Source: Sedimentisphaerales bacterium
GTDB taxonomy: Bacteria > Planctomycetota > Phycisphaerae > Sedimentisphaerales > Anaerobacaceae
Direction of reading: 5' to 3'
DNA length: 64,000 nt
Assembly: GCA_963708075.1 (NCBI GenBank)
Contig: OY970194.1
Coordinates: 7,168,001 to 7,232,000 of the forward strand
Part shown: positions 27,127 to 35,527 of the stretch, piece after piece
Layout of the letters: each line of letters begins with the position of its first letter
How positions within the stretch are numbered: position 1 is the stretch's first letter
The notes under the pieces: generated by a model
Database searches by the model: none
Told to the model about the DNA's origin: nothing
Seen by the model: the letters and a program-made list of their open reading frames with translations, nothing else
Position numbers and translations under genes: made by a program

Positions 27127-29088
27127 ATGATGCTCGAGAGTCGATATTTTGCATGGTGTTCCGTTCTTCTTCTGGTGGTGGTGTCCACGGTGGCTGCCGG
27201 CCAGACCAGTGACAGCCAGAGCCCCAAGGAAAGAGAACTCAAACTGATCGGCGTCCTCCAGTCGGACGCACCGCCCGCCGAGAAAGCGATCACCTGCAAG
27301 CGATTGGCTGTCTACGGCACGAAGGATGCCGTCCCAGCCCTGGCGCCGCTGTTGGCGGACAAGGAGCTGTCATCCTGGGCGAGGATTGCTCTGGAAGCGA
27401 TTCCCGGCCCTGAGGCGGATGCAGCTCTGCGCGAAGCCATGGGAAAGACCCAGGGCAGGTTGCTGATTGGGGTGATCAATTCGATCGGTGTTCGCCGCGA
27501 TGCGGGGGCGGTCGATGGGCTTGTGGCGAGGCTCAAGGATGCCGACGTGGATGTGGCGTCGGCTGCGGCCGTGGCCCTGGGACGCATCGGCAGCGACCAG
27601 GCCGCAAAGGCCCTGGAGCAATCCCTCGCCGGTGCGCCGGCCAAGGTTCGCCCGGCAGTTGCCGAAGGCTGCATTCTGTGTGCGGAAAAGTCCCTCGCGG
27701 CAGAGAAGACCGCCGACGCCGTGAGGTTGTACGATGCGGTGCGTCAGGCGGACGTGCCCGAGCAGAGGCAGCTCGATGCGGTACGTGGCGCGATTCTGGC
27801 CCGGCAGGCTGCCGGTGTACCGCTGCTGATGGAGCAGTTGAGATCGACCAACAAGGCACGGTTCGGCATCGCACTGCGCACGGCCCGGGAGCTTCCTGGC
27901 GTCGCCGTGACAGAGTCACTGGCCGCTGAACTCGACAAGCTGAATGCGGACCGCCGGCCTCTGCTGGTTCTGGCTATAGCGGATCGCAGTGACGCTGCCG
28001 TGTTGCCGGCGGTTCTCAAGGCCGCCAAGAGCGGTCCGCAAAAACTGCGAATGAGCGCCGTCAGCGTGCTGGAGCGTCTGGGCAATGTGTCCTGCGTGCC
28101 GGTGCTGTTGGATGCTGCTGTCGAGAGTGACGCGGAGCTGGCACAGGTGGCCAAGACCGTGCTGGCCAGGCTGCCCGGCAACGACGTGGACGCGGACCTT
28201 CTCGCCCGCCTGCCGCAAGCGTCCGGAAAGACGCGCCGGGTCCTTATCGAGCTTGCAGGACAACGGGGCATTGATGGGGCTCTTCCCGCGGTCATGCTCA
28301 GTATTGAGGATGCGGATGCAGGGATTCGCAGCGCCGCCGTACAGACTGTCGGCGCGATCGGGCAGGACAAGCAGGCCACCGACCTGGTGAGGCTCCTTCA
28401 GAAGACTCAGAATCCCGGCGAGCGTGCGGACATCGAGAAGGCTCTCCTGGCTGTCAGTGGCCGCGGGGGAGCCAACTGCGTGCAATATCTGCTGCCGCTG
28501 GCGCAGAGCAATGATGGCGCCCTTCGCATAATCGCTCTGAATGCGCTGGCCGTTGCCGGCGGGTCTGATGCCTTGGCCGCCGTGAAGTCCGCAGTCAACG
28601 ATAAGGATGAGGCCGTTCAAGATGAGGCGGTGCGCACGTTGTCTACCTGGCCGAACAACTGGCCCGGGGACGCCGGCGTGGCAGAACCACTTCTGACACT
28701 GGCCAGGTCCGGCAGGAAGACGTCGCACCAGGTGCTGGGCTTGCGCGGGTACCTGCAATATGTGCGGGCGGACAACAAACTCAGTGACAACGAGAAGGTT
28801 GCCAAAGTCAATGAGTTGCTTCCGCTGCTCAAGCGGGCGGAGGAAAAGCGCCTGGCCATCGCGGCCGTGGGTGCCATCCCAACTGCTGGGGCGATGGAAC
28901 TGCTGACGGCCCTGGCAGCGGACCCGGCTGTCGCCGAGGAAGCGTGCTCCGCGATAGTTAATCTCGCAGGCAAGAACTTGCAGGGCGTTTCCGGGGACCA
29001 GCGTCAGAAGGCGCTCCAGGCCGTGGTGGAGAAATCGAAAAACGACGCCACAAAGAAGAAAGCTCAGGAGGTCCTGAAGAAAATCTGA
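27127..29088 (+). CDS. Secreted HEAT-repeat protein
   Basis: Signal peptide followed by many HEAT/PBS-like units (AVPALAPLL, AAAVALGRIG, VQDEAVRTLSTW); no catalytic domain recognised. Confidence 0.85.
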   Translation: MMLESRYFAWCSVLLLVVVSTVAAGQTSDSQSPKERELKLIGVLQSDAPPAEKAITCKRLAVYGTKDAVPALAPLLADKELSSWARIALEAIPGPEADAALREAMGKTQGRLLIGVINSIGVRRDAGAVDGLVARLKDADVDVASAAAVALGRIGSDQAAKALEQSLAGAPAKVRPAVAEGCILCAEKSLAAEKTADAVRLYDAVRQADVPEQRQLDAVRGAILARQAAGVPLLMEQLRSTNKARFGIALRTARELPGVAVTESLAAELDKLNADRRPLLVLAIADRSDAAVLPAVLKAAKSGPQKLRMSAVSVLERLGNVSCVPVLLDAAVESDAELAQVAKTVLARLPGNDVDADLLARLPQASGKTRRVLIELAGQRGIDGALPAVMLSIEDADAGIRSAAVQTVGAIGQDKQATDLVRLLQKTQNPGERADIEKALLAVSGRGGANCVQYLLPLAQSNDGALRIIALNALAVAGGSDALAAVKSAVNDKDEAVQDEAVRTLSTWPNNWPGDAGVAEPLLTLARSGRKTSHQVLGLRGYLQYVRADNKLSDNEKVAKVNELLPLLKRAEEKRLAIAAVGAIPTAGAMELLTALAADPAVAEEACSAIVNLAGKNLQGVSGDQRQKALQAVVEKSKNDATKKKAQEVLKKI

Positions 29089-29107
29089 GGACACGGCTGC
29101 ACTACCG

Positions 29108-29149
29108 GTAGCACGGGCATCCTTCCCATGGGCAGGATGCCCGTGCTGC
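29108..29149. repeat. GTAG-type REP-like palindrome / possible terminator
   Basis: GTAGCACGGGCATCCTTCCCATGGGCAGGATGCCCGTGCTGC is an almost perfect palindrome 20 nt after the HEAT gene stop. Confidence 0.7.
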
Positions 29150-29283
29150 TTTCCACACATGCTCAAAGATCATTCCTGATGGATCTGCTCTGTCAGTTCA
29201 CATTCGGATTGACCCATGTCGATCCCCATAGGGTCGTCAGGATTTGGGACGACTCGATTGGGCAACTCTCCTATCTTTCCGCA

Positions 29284-29298
29284 ACGGCAGTTGCCATA
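29284..29298. promoter_or_regulatory. Candidate regulator site GYAnTTnCCnYA
   Basis: acgGCAgTTgCCaTA about 165 bp upstream of the lipoprotein gene. Confidence 0.35.
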
Positions 29299-29463
29299 CA
29301 TTCAGCGTAGATTCCAGTAGGCAAAGACGTGTGCCGCGAAGGGTAAGGGAACATGCATTGCTCTTGTGCTTTTGCCTTATCGGCGCAATGAAAGAATGGA
29401 GAAGCAACAGAATAGAATTGGCTGAGTCCAATCCTGGAAGTTTTTTCGCAGGAGGTCACTCCG

Positions 29464-30195
29464 ATGCCGGGGCGATTTTACATATGGTGGGTTGCTGTCG
29501 TGATGACGGGGTTTGTGGCATCCTGTGCTGAACGCCGGGAGGAGTCCCGGGTTGCGCTGAGCGAGCGGGACTGGACTCCGCCGGCACTGCAGAGGATCGG
29601 CCAGCGCGCGGAAGGCATTGTCCTGGCTGTGCCCACGGAAAACTGGCCGCGCGTATATGCGTACATCAGCGACATTGACAACGCGTGGAAGGACTACAAA
29701 CGTCCGACGGTTGCGCCATCGGCGAAGCCCGAGAGATTTCCCGCCGGGCTGATGGCCGGGCAGCTCGATGCGGCGCTGGCCGCTCTGAAGAGGTCGGCCG
29801 CAGCACGAGATGCGACAGGGACCATCAAGGCGGCCGACGACGTGAATGCAGCCGCCACCGACCTGTTCGCGTTCTATAACCCGACCCTGCCGCTGGATAT
29901 CCATACGCTGACTGTGCTTGAAAGGCGAATCCTGCTGGACTCCACGGATGGCGATCTGAATCGCGCCTTCGTTACTCTGACCCGGGTTCGCCACGCATGG
30001 AGCCGCGTGCGGCCGACCATCTCCAGTCATGTGGGGGATAGGGTCGTCAGTGAATTCGATCAGCATATTGCGGACCAGCAGGCCGCGTTGGATGCCAAGG
30101 ACGGCGGCAGACTCGCCTCCACAGCCAAGCAGGCCCTGACAATGATCGATCAGATGGAGCGGCTGTACTACCCTGACATGGAAGGCTTGGGGTAG
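29464..30195 (+). CDS. Hypothetical lipoprotein (helical, two-bundle appearance)
   Basis: GGAGGT RBS; signal with lipobox-like VAS-C; two amphipathic halves (NAWKDY / HAWSRV). Confidence 0.75.
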   Translation: MPGRFYIWWVAVVMTGFVASCAERREESRVALSERDWTPPALQRIGQRAEGIVLAVPTENWPRVYAYISDIDNAWKDYKRPTVAPSAKPERFPAGLMAGQLDAALAALKRSAAARDATGTIKAADDVNAAATDLFAFYNPTLPLDIHTLTVLERRILLDSTDGDLNRAFVTLTRVRHAWSRVRPTISSHVGDRVVSEFDQHIADQQAALDAKDGGRLASTAKQALTMIDQMERLYYPDMEGLG

Positions 30196-30350
30196 GTTCG
30201 CGGGGTCTGCAATCGGGAGCAGACCTGCTCTCCTCGACTCTCTGCTCCTCATCTGTGCGTAGCCTCATGGAGTCGGGCCGTCCTCCTGTCATCATGTCTA
30301 CTCTTACGGCTTCTCCTCACCTCTCACCCCGCCGATTCCTTAGTAAGCCA

Positions 30351-30365
30351 TAGGGAAAATCCCGC
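30351..30365. promoter_or_regulatory. Candidate regulator site (one mismatch) upstream of the ACIII operon
   Basis: TAGGGAAAATCCCGC, whose reverse complement is gcgGGAtTTtCCcTA. A related TAGGGGACTGCC starts at 30374. Confidence 0.35.
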
Positions 30366-30626
30366 ATGGATTGTAGGGGACTGCCTGTTTATGGGAGCGA
30401 GGTCCACCTCTATCTATAAAGGCTGCGGATGGTGGGACAACGCATGCGGTCCCAACCGAAGCCCGGAATCCGCACCTCGGCAGAACTCGCCGATGTCAAT
30501 CCGCAACTCAGGGGAGTACGCCTAACGGTGTGACGACACGTGCCACCGACGGGGCCGGAGGCTAACCACGGCAATCGATCCCGGCGGTCAGAGCCGGCAA
30601 CTACCTATCGATCAATAACCGGAATA

Positions 30627-33600
30627 ATGGATAGACGCACATTCCTTCGTTGGATGGCCGGCGCAGGCACCGCCCATGCAGGTCTGGCTCACTATTCGCA
30701 GCCGGAGGGCCCTTCGCAGAACGATAAGCAAGACAGCAAGATGGGGCAGAGGTATCCCGACCGCTGGCTGTCTCCCGTCGCGCATCCGCCGCTTGCACCG
30801 CCGGGGATATGGACTACTCTCGCCACAACGTGTCGCGAGTGCCCCGCCGGGTGTGGGATGCATGTTCTCTGCCGGGACGGCCGTGTCGTCAAGCCGGAGG
30901 GCAATCCGAGCCACCCTGTGAGCCGGGGCGGCCTTTGCCCTCGCGGGCAGTCCGCGCCTCAGGGACTATATGACCCGGATCGTGTGGGACGGCCGCTGAA
31001 GAGAAATGGACCCCAAGGACCTCAGAGACCTAAAGGAGGGTCCGATGCCGTGATTCGTTCCTTAGGTCCTTCAGGTCCTTTAAGTCCTTTTGAATCACTC
31101 TCATGGTCCCAGGCCATCGCGGAAGTGACCGATGCTCTGAAAAAAGCAAAGCGGCTCTTCGTCCTGAGCGACCTGCAGACAGGGACCCTTGCGGAAATCA
31201 TGCGGCAGTTCCACCGCAGCCGGGGCATTCCAGGGCAGGTCGTGTTCCACGAGGCATTCGATTACGAGGCGCTTCGTGCTGCCAACGGGCGGCTTTTCGG
31301 CCGGCCCGTCATTCCCCGGTACAGGCTGGACCAGTGCGATTTCATCCTGAGCTTCGGGGCCGACTTCCTCGAAAGCTGGATATCGAACGTGGAATTCGCC
31401 TGGCAGTTCAGCGAGATGCATCACCGGCCGCCCAACTATGGCAGGGAAATGGCCTACATCGGTCCCCGGCTGTCGATGACGGCGGCCAACGCGGACCACT
31501 TCTTTCAGGTCCCGGCGGGGCAGGAACACCGCACGGCCTTGGCCATCCTGCGGGAAGTGGCAGACCTCAAGGGGCTCTCGATTTCGGATTTCGGATTTCG
31601 GATTTCGGATTGGAATGAGGCACAGGGTTCAAGTCCGCAATCCGCAATCCACAATCCGCAATTACGGGCAATCGCCCGCCGATTTGTGCAGGCGAAGAAC
31701 AGCGTCGCTTTGGGCGGTCCCGTCGGGGCAAGCGGCCCGGCCGCGGAGAACCTTGCCACGGCCGTCATGCTGCTGAATCAGGCAGCCGGTAGAATGAGCA
31801 CGACGGTCGATTTCTCGCAGACGCATGCACTGGGGCTGACCACACCCCTCGTTCAACTTGAACAGTTGCTCACCGGCTTGGGGGAGGGCGACGTCCTGAT
31901 CGTTCATAACGCGAACCCTGCGTACCATCTGCCGCATCTGCAAGACCAGATCAATCGGGCCGATCACGTCGTCTTCCTTGGCACGATGTTGAATGAGACG
32001 GCGGCCCTGGCGCAGTGGGTCCTGCCTGTGCTTTCGCCGCTGGAGATGTGGGGAGACTACGAACCCTGGACCGGCGTTCACTGCCTGATGCAGCCGACGA
32101 TGGGCCCGCTGCACGATGCGTGGCACAGCGGCGATGTCTTCCTGGAGTTGAGCAGGGGGCAGATGCAAGAGATGCTCATGGACCCTGTTGCACAGGGGCC
32201 GGAGCAGACGGTGCGGACGTTCCATGATGCTCTCGTGCAGCGATGGCAGGGACTGCACAAGAAGATAGTGCCGCAGGCATCCTTCGAGTCGTTCTGGCAG
32301 AAATCGCTTCAAGACGGCGGTGTTGTCGAGCCCGTGGAGCGGCAGCCGGCGCCGACCCTCCAGGGCAAGCCGGCCATAACGGCGACAGCACCTCAAGCAA
32401 CCGAGGGCATGCACCTGTGGCTCTGGCCCTCCATCCTGCTGTTCGACGGCCGGCTGGCCAATCGCGGCTGGATGCAGGAGATCCCTGAGCGCATGAGCAC
32501 CATCGCGTGGGGAAGCTGGGTGGACGTCTCGCTGGCGACGGCCCGGCGGATGAAGATCGTCACCGGCGATGTGATCGAGGTCTCCAACGGTTTCGGAGTC
32601 CTCCGGGCTCCTGCGCGTATAACAGATGATGTGGCGGACAATGTCGCGGCTCTGGCGTTCGGCCAGGGACATACCCGCCTGGGCGAGGTGGCGGCGGGGC
32701 GGGGGGCGAATGCATTTGCACTTCTGACTCGCGGCGGGCCGGAGTCTTTGTTCGGCACCGTCTCTCTTCGTAAGACAGGTGAGCAGAGACGCCTGATCAA
32801 CCTCTCGGCCACGCAGGACCAGTACGGCCGGGGCATCGTCCAATGGGTGCCGCGACAGAAGCTTCTCGCAATGCAGGAGAGCGACGGCGACGAGATCATC
32901 TGGCCGCTGCCGCAGGGCTACGATCCACACCGTGACTTGTATCCGCCTCATGAGTACAGGAATCATCGCTGGGCCATGGTGGTGGACCTGGATCGTTGCA
33001 TCGGCTGCGGGGCCTGCGAGACGGCGTGCTATGCGGAGAACAACATTCCGGTGGCGGGATCCGAGTCTCTGGCCAGGGGCCGGGAAATGTCCTGGCTGAA
33101 AGTGCCGCCGTACCGCCATCCGCGGGACTCCCATCGCGTGGGTTTCCTGCCGTTGCCGTGCCAGCATTGTGACGCGGCGCCGTGCGAGCCCGTCTGCCCG
33201 GTCTTCGCGGCGGTCCACAACGACCAGGGGCTCAACGCCCAGATCTACAACCGCTGTATCGGCACGCGGTACTGCTCGCACAACTGCCCATACAAGGTCC
33301 GGCGATTCGGATGGTTTGACCCGCACTGGCGCGAGCCGCTGCACTTGCAGCTGAATCCGGATGTCACGGTCCGCTCCCGGGGCGTGATGGAAAAGTGCAC
33401 GTTCTGCATTCAAAGGATTCTGTACGCGGAGCATCGGGCGAAGGCGGAGGGCCGCCCGCTTCGCGATGGAGAAGTGCAACCCGCCTGCGTGCAATCTTGT
33501 CCCACAAGGACCTTTACCTTCGGCGATCTCATGCAGCCGGACTCGCAGGTGAGCCGGCTCTTCAAGCACCCGCGGCGGTACCAGCTCCTGCGGGAACTCA

Positions 33601-33662
33601 ACACCAAGCCCGCGGTCGTCTACCTCAAGCGTGTCGAGCCGGAACCAGTGGAGACTGCCTGA
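30627..33662 (+). CDS. actB: Alternative complex III subunit ActB (molybdopterin-oxidoreductase-like domain + ferredoxin domain)
   Basis: Tat motif DRRTFL; CRECPAGC...C; KPEGNPSHP; DGRLANRGWMQEIP; C-terminal CIGCGAC, CQHCDAAPCEPVCP, YNRCIGTRYCSHNCPYK and NPDVTVRSRGVMEKCTFC, which are ActB hallmarks. Confidence 0.92.
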   Translation: MDRRTFLRWMAGAGTAHAGLAHYSQPEGPSQNDKQDSKMGQRYPDRWLSPVAHPPLAPPGIWTTLATTCRECPAGCGMHVLCRDGRVVKPEGNPSHPVSRGGLCPRGQSAPQGLYDPDRVGRPLKRNGPQGPQRPKGGSDAVIRSLGPSGPLSPFESLSWSQAIAEVTDALKKAKRLFVLSDLQTGTLAEIMRQFHRSRGIPGQVVFHEAFDYEALRAANGRLFGRPVIPRYRLDQCDFILSFGADFLESWISNVEFAWQFSEMHHRPPNYGREMAYIGPRLSMTAANADHFFQVPAGQEHRTALAILREVADLKGLSISDFGFRISDWNEAQGSSPQSAIHNPQLRAIARRFVQAKNSVALGGPVGASGPAAENLATAVMLLNQAAGRMSTTVDFSQTHALGLTTPLVQLEQLLTGLGEGDVLIVHNANPAYHLPHLQDQINRADHVVFLGTMLNETAALAQWVLPVLSPLEMWGDYEPWTGVHCLMQPTMGPLHDAWHSGDVFLELSRGQMQEMLMDPVAQGPEQTVRTFHDALVQRWQGLHKKIVPQASFESFWQKSLQDGGVVEPVERQPAPTLQGKPAITATAPQATEGMHLWLWPSILLFDGRLANRGWMQEIPERMSTIAWGSWVDVSLATARRMKIVTGDVIEVSNGFGVLRAPARITDDVADNVAALAFGQGHTRLGEVAAGRGANAFALLTRGGPESLFGTVSLRKTGEQRRLINLSATQDQYGRGIVQWVPRQKLLAMQESDGDEIIWPLPQGYDPHRDLYPPHEYRNHRWAMVVDLDRCIGCGACETACYAENNIPVAGSESLARGREMSWLKVPPYRHPRDSHRVGFLPLPCQHCDAAPCEPVCPVFAAVHNDQGLNAQIYNRCIGTRYCSHNCPYKVRRFGWFDPHWREPLHLQLNPDVTVRSRGVMEKCTFCIQRILYAEHRAKAEGRPLRDGEVQPACVQSCPTRTFTFGDLMQPDSQVSRLFKHPRRYQLLRELNTKPAVVYLKRVEPEPVETA
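31008..31091. repeat. In-frame inverted nonamer repeat insertion inside actB
   Basis: GGACCCCAA GGACCTCAG AGACCTAAA GGA ... TCCTTAGG TCCTTCAGG TCCTTTAAG TCCTTTTG, translated as GPQGPQRPKG...LGPSGPLSPF. Confidence 0.7.
31580..31661. repeat. In-frame inverted heptamer repeat insertion inside actB
   Basis: (GATTTCG)x4 ... TCCGCAA TCCGCAA TCCACAA TCCGCAA, translated as ISDFGFRISDW...PQSAIHNPQ. Confidence 0.8.
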
Positions 33663-33667
33663 GCCTC

Positions 33668-35527
33668 ATGTCCAAATACCGGCAAGTCAATGAGGTTGTC
33701 ATCCAGGCGCTGCGTCCGCCGGGCCTGCTCTACAAGGTCGTTATGGCGGTCCTGGCCCTTGGGGTGGCTGCCCTGTTCGCTGCGTGGATCTACCAGATCC
33801 AGAGGGGCATGGGCGTGGCGGGCGTCTCTCATCCCGTCGGCTGGGGCCTGTACATTGGGACGTTCGTCTTCTGGGTCGGAATTGCCCACTCCGGGACGCT
33901 CATCTCGGCGATCCTGTACCTGGTGCGGTCCAAGTGGCGCACGGCGATCTCACGGTCGGCGGAAGCGATGACAGTCATCGCCATTGCAACGGCGGGGATG
34001 TTTCCGTTGATTCACCTGGGGCGGTTTTGGGTGTTCTATTACATTCTGCCGTATCCGTCGCAGCGCCAGATCTGGCCCAATTTTCAAAGTGCGCTGCTCT
34101 TCGATGTGGTGGCGATTTTCACCTACTTCACCATCAGTGCGATCTTCTTCTACATAGGCATGGTGCCGGACATCGCCGCGGCGCGCGACCATTTGCAGTA
34201 CGCGGGCAAGCGCGGGTATCAGGAAAGACTCTATCGCCTGCTGGCGCTCGGCTGGCATGGCGGCAGCGAGCAATGGCGGCACTACGGCCGGGCCTACCTG
34301 TTCTTCGCCGCTCTGGCTACACCCCTGGTGATCTCCGTGCACTCGGTGGTCTCGTGGGACTTCGCCACGGCGCTGCTGCCCGGCTGGCACTCCACGTTTT
34401 TCGCTCCCTATTTCGTCGCAGGGGCCATTCACTCCGGATTGGCCATGGTGCTGACCCTTCTGATCCCGCTCCGCAAGATTCTGCACTTCGAGAACCTCAT
34501 CCAACCCAGACATTTCCAGGACGTCGCGCTGCTGATGATCGTCACGACATCGATCATCGCGTATGCCTATATAATGGAGCTGTTCATGGCCTGGTACTCC
34601 GGCGATCCGTTCGAGCAGCAATTCGCCCTATGGCGGCTCACCGGATCCTGGCGGGGATTCTACCCGATCATTATCGTCTGCAACATTCTGCTGCCTCTGC
34701 TATTTGTCTTCAGGTGGGTCCGCAGCAACATAGCGATGCTCTTTGTCATCTCCATCTTCGTCAACATCGGGATGTGGTCGGAGCGGCTGTGGATTATCAT
34801 CACATCGCTGGCCCGCGATTTTCTGCCGCACAACTGGGGCGGCTATCTCCCGACATGGGTGGAGTTGACCATTCTCCTCGGTTCTTTCTCGTTCTTCTTT
34901 TTGGGTTTCCTTGTGCTGGCGAAGTTCCTCCCGGCGGCGCCGATCAGCGACATCAAGACCGACATCGAGGAGGAGCAGGAGAAAAGGCGGTACTCGCGGA
35001 GATCCTACGTCAAGCCGGCGAGACTGCCAACGGGTGTCGTGGCCGTCTATGGCACGGCGGCTGATCTGCTGGACGCGGTCGAGCAGGCTCACGACCATGC
35101 GGCGGACGGCATGGAGACGTACACGCCCTTGCGAGTGAAAGAGCTGGCCCCACTGATGGGCAGGAGCAAGAGCCCGGTGCGTTTCTGGACTCTCACAGGA
35201 GCGCTCTGCGGCCTTGTCGGCGGCCTCGCTTTATCTATTGGAAGCGCGCTGGTCAACAGCCTGATCGTCGGCGGCAAGCATCCTGTCTCGATCATTCCGT
35301 ACTGTGTCCCGGCCTTTGAAGGCACGATTCTCCTCGGTGGCCTGGGAAATCTCGTCGGCCTGCTGGTCCACGCTCGCTTACCCAGGTGGAAGACGCCCGC
35401 GGGTTATGATTGGCGATTCAGTCAGGACAAATTCGGATTGTTTGTAGCCGCGCCGCCCGAGCGTTTCGAGGAGCTGCGTCAGGTCCTCGAACCGACTCAT
35501 CCGGAAGAGATTCGTAATGTCGAATAG
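33668..35527 (+). CDS. actC: Alternative complex III ActC (NrfD/PsrC family) fused to ActD (DUF3341)
   Basis: ActC part: FVFWVGIAHSGTLISAIL, RSAEAMT, HLGR, LATPLVISVHSVVSWDFA, PGWHST, PYFVAGAIHSG. ActD part: YTP, IVGGK, PAFEGTIL, RFSQDKFGLFV. Confidence 0.92.
   Translation: MSKYRQVNEVVIQALRPPGLLYKVVMAVLALGVAALFAAWIYQIQRGMGVAGVSHPVGWGLYIGTFVFWVGIAHSGTLISAILYLVRSKWRTAISRSAEAMTVIAIATAGMFPLIHLGRFWVFYYILPYPSQRQIWPNFQSALLFDVVAIFTYFTISAIFFYIGMVPDIAAARDHLQYAGKRGYQERLYRLLALGWHGGSEQWRHYGRAYLFFAALATPLVISVHSVVSWDFATALLPGWHSTFFAPYFVAGAIHSGLAMVLTLLIPLRKILHFENLIQPRHFQDVALLMIVTTSIIAYAYIMELFMAWYSGDPFEQQFALWRLTGSWRGFYPIIIVCNILLPLLFVFRWVRSNIAMLFVISIFVNIGMWSERLWIIITSLARDFLPHNWGGYLPTWVELTILLGSFSFFFLGFLVLAKFLPAAPISDIKTDIEEEQEKRRYSRRSYVKPARLPTGVVAVYGTAADLLDAVEQAHDHAADGMETYTPLRVKELAPLMGRSKSPVRFWTLTGALCGLVGGLALSIGSALVNSLIVGGKHPVSIIPYCVPAFEGTILLGGLGNLVGLLVHARLPRWKTPAGYDWRFSQDKFGLFVAAPPERFEELRQVLEPTHPEEIRNVE

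Noticed and set aside
30627..33662. Catalytic molybdoenzyme (formate/nitrate/polysulfide reductase)
   Set aside because: The fused ferredoxin domain with CIGTRYC and the ActC/D/F/A neighbours identify ActB; no clear Mo-ligand segment was recognised.
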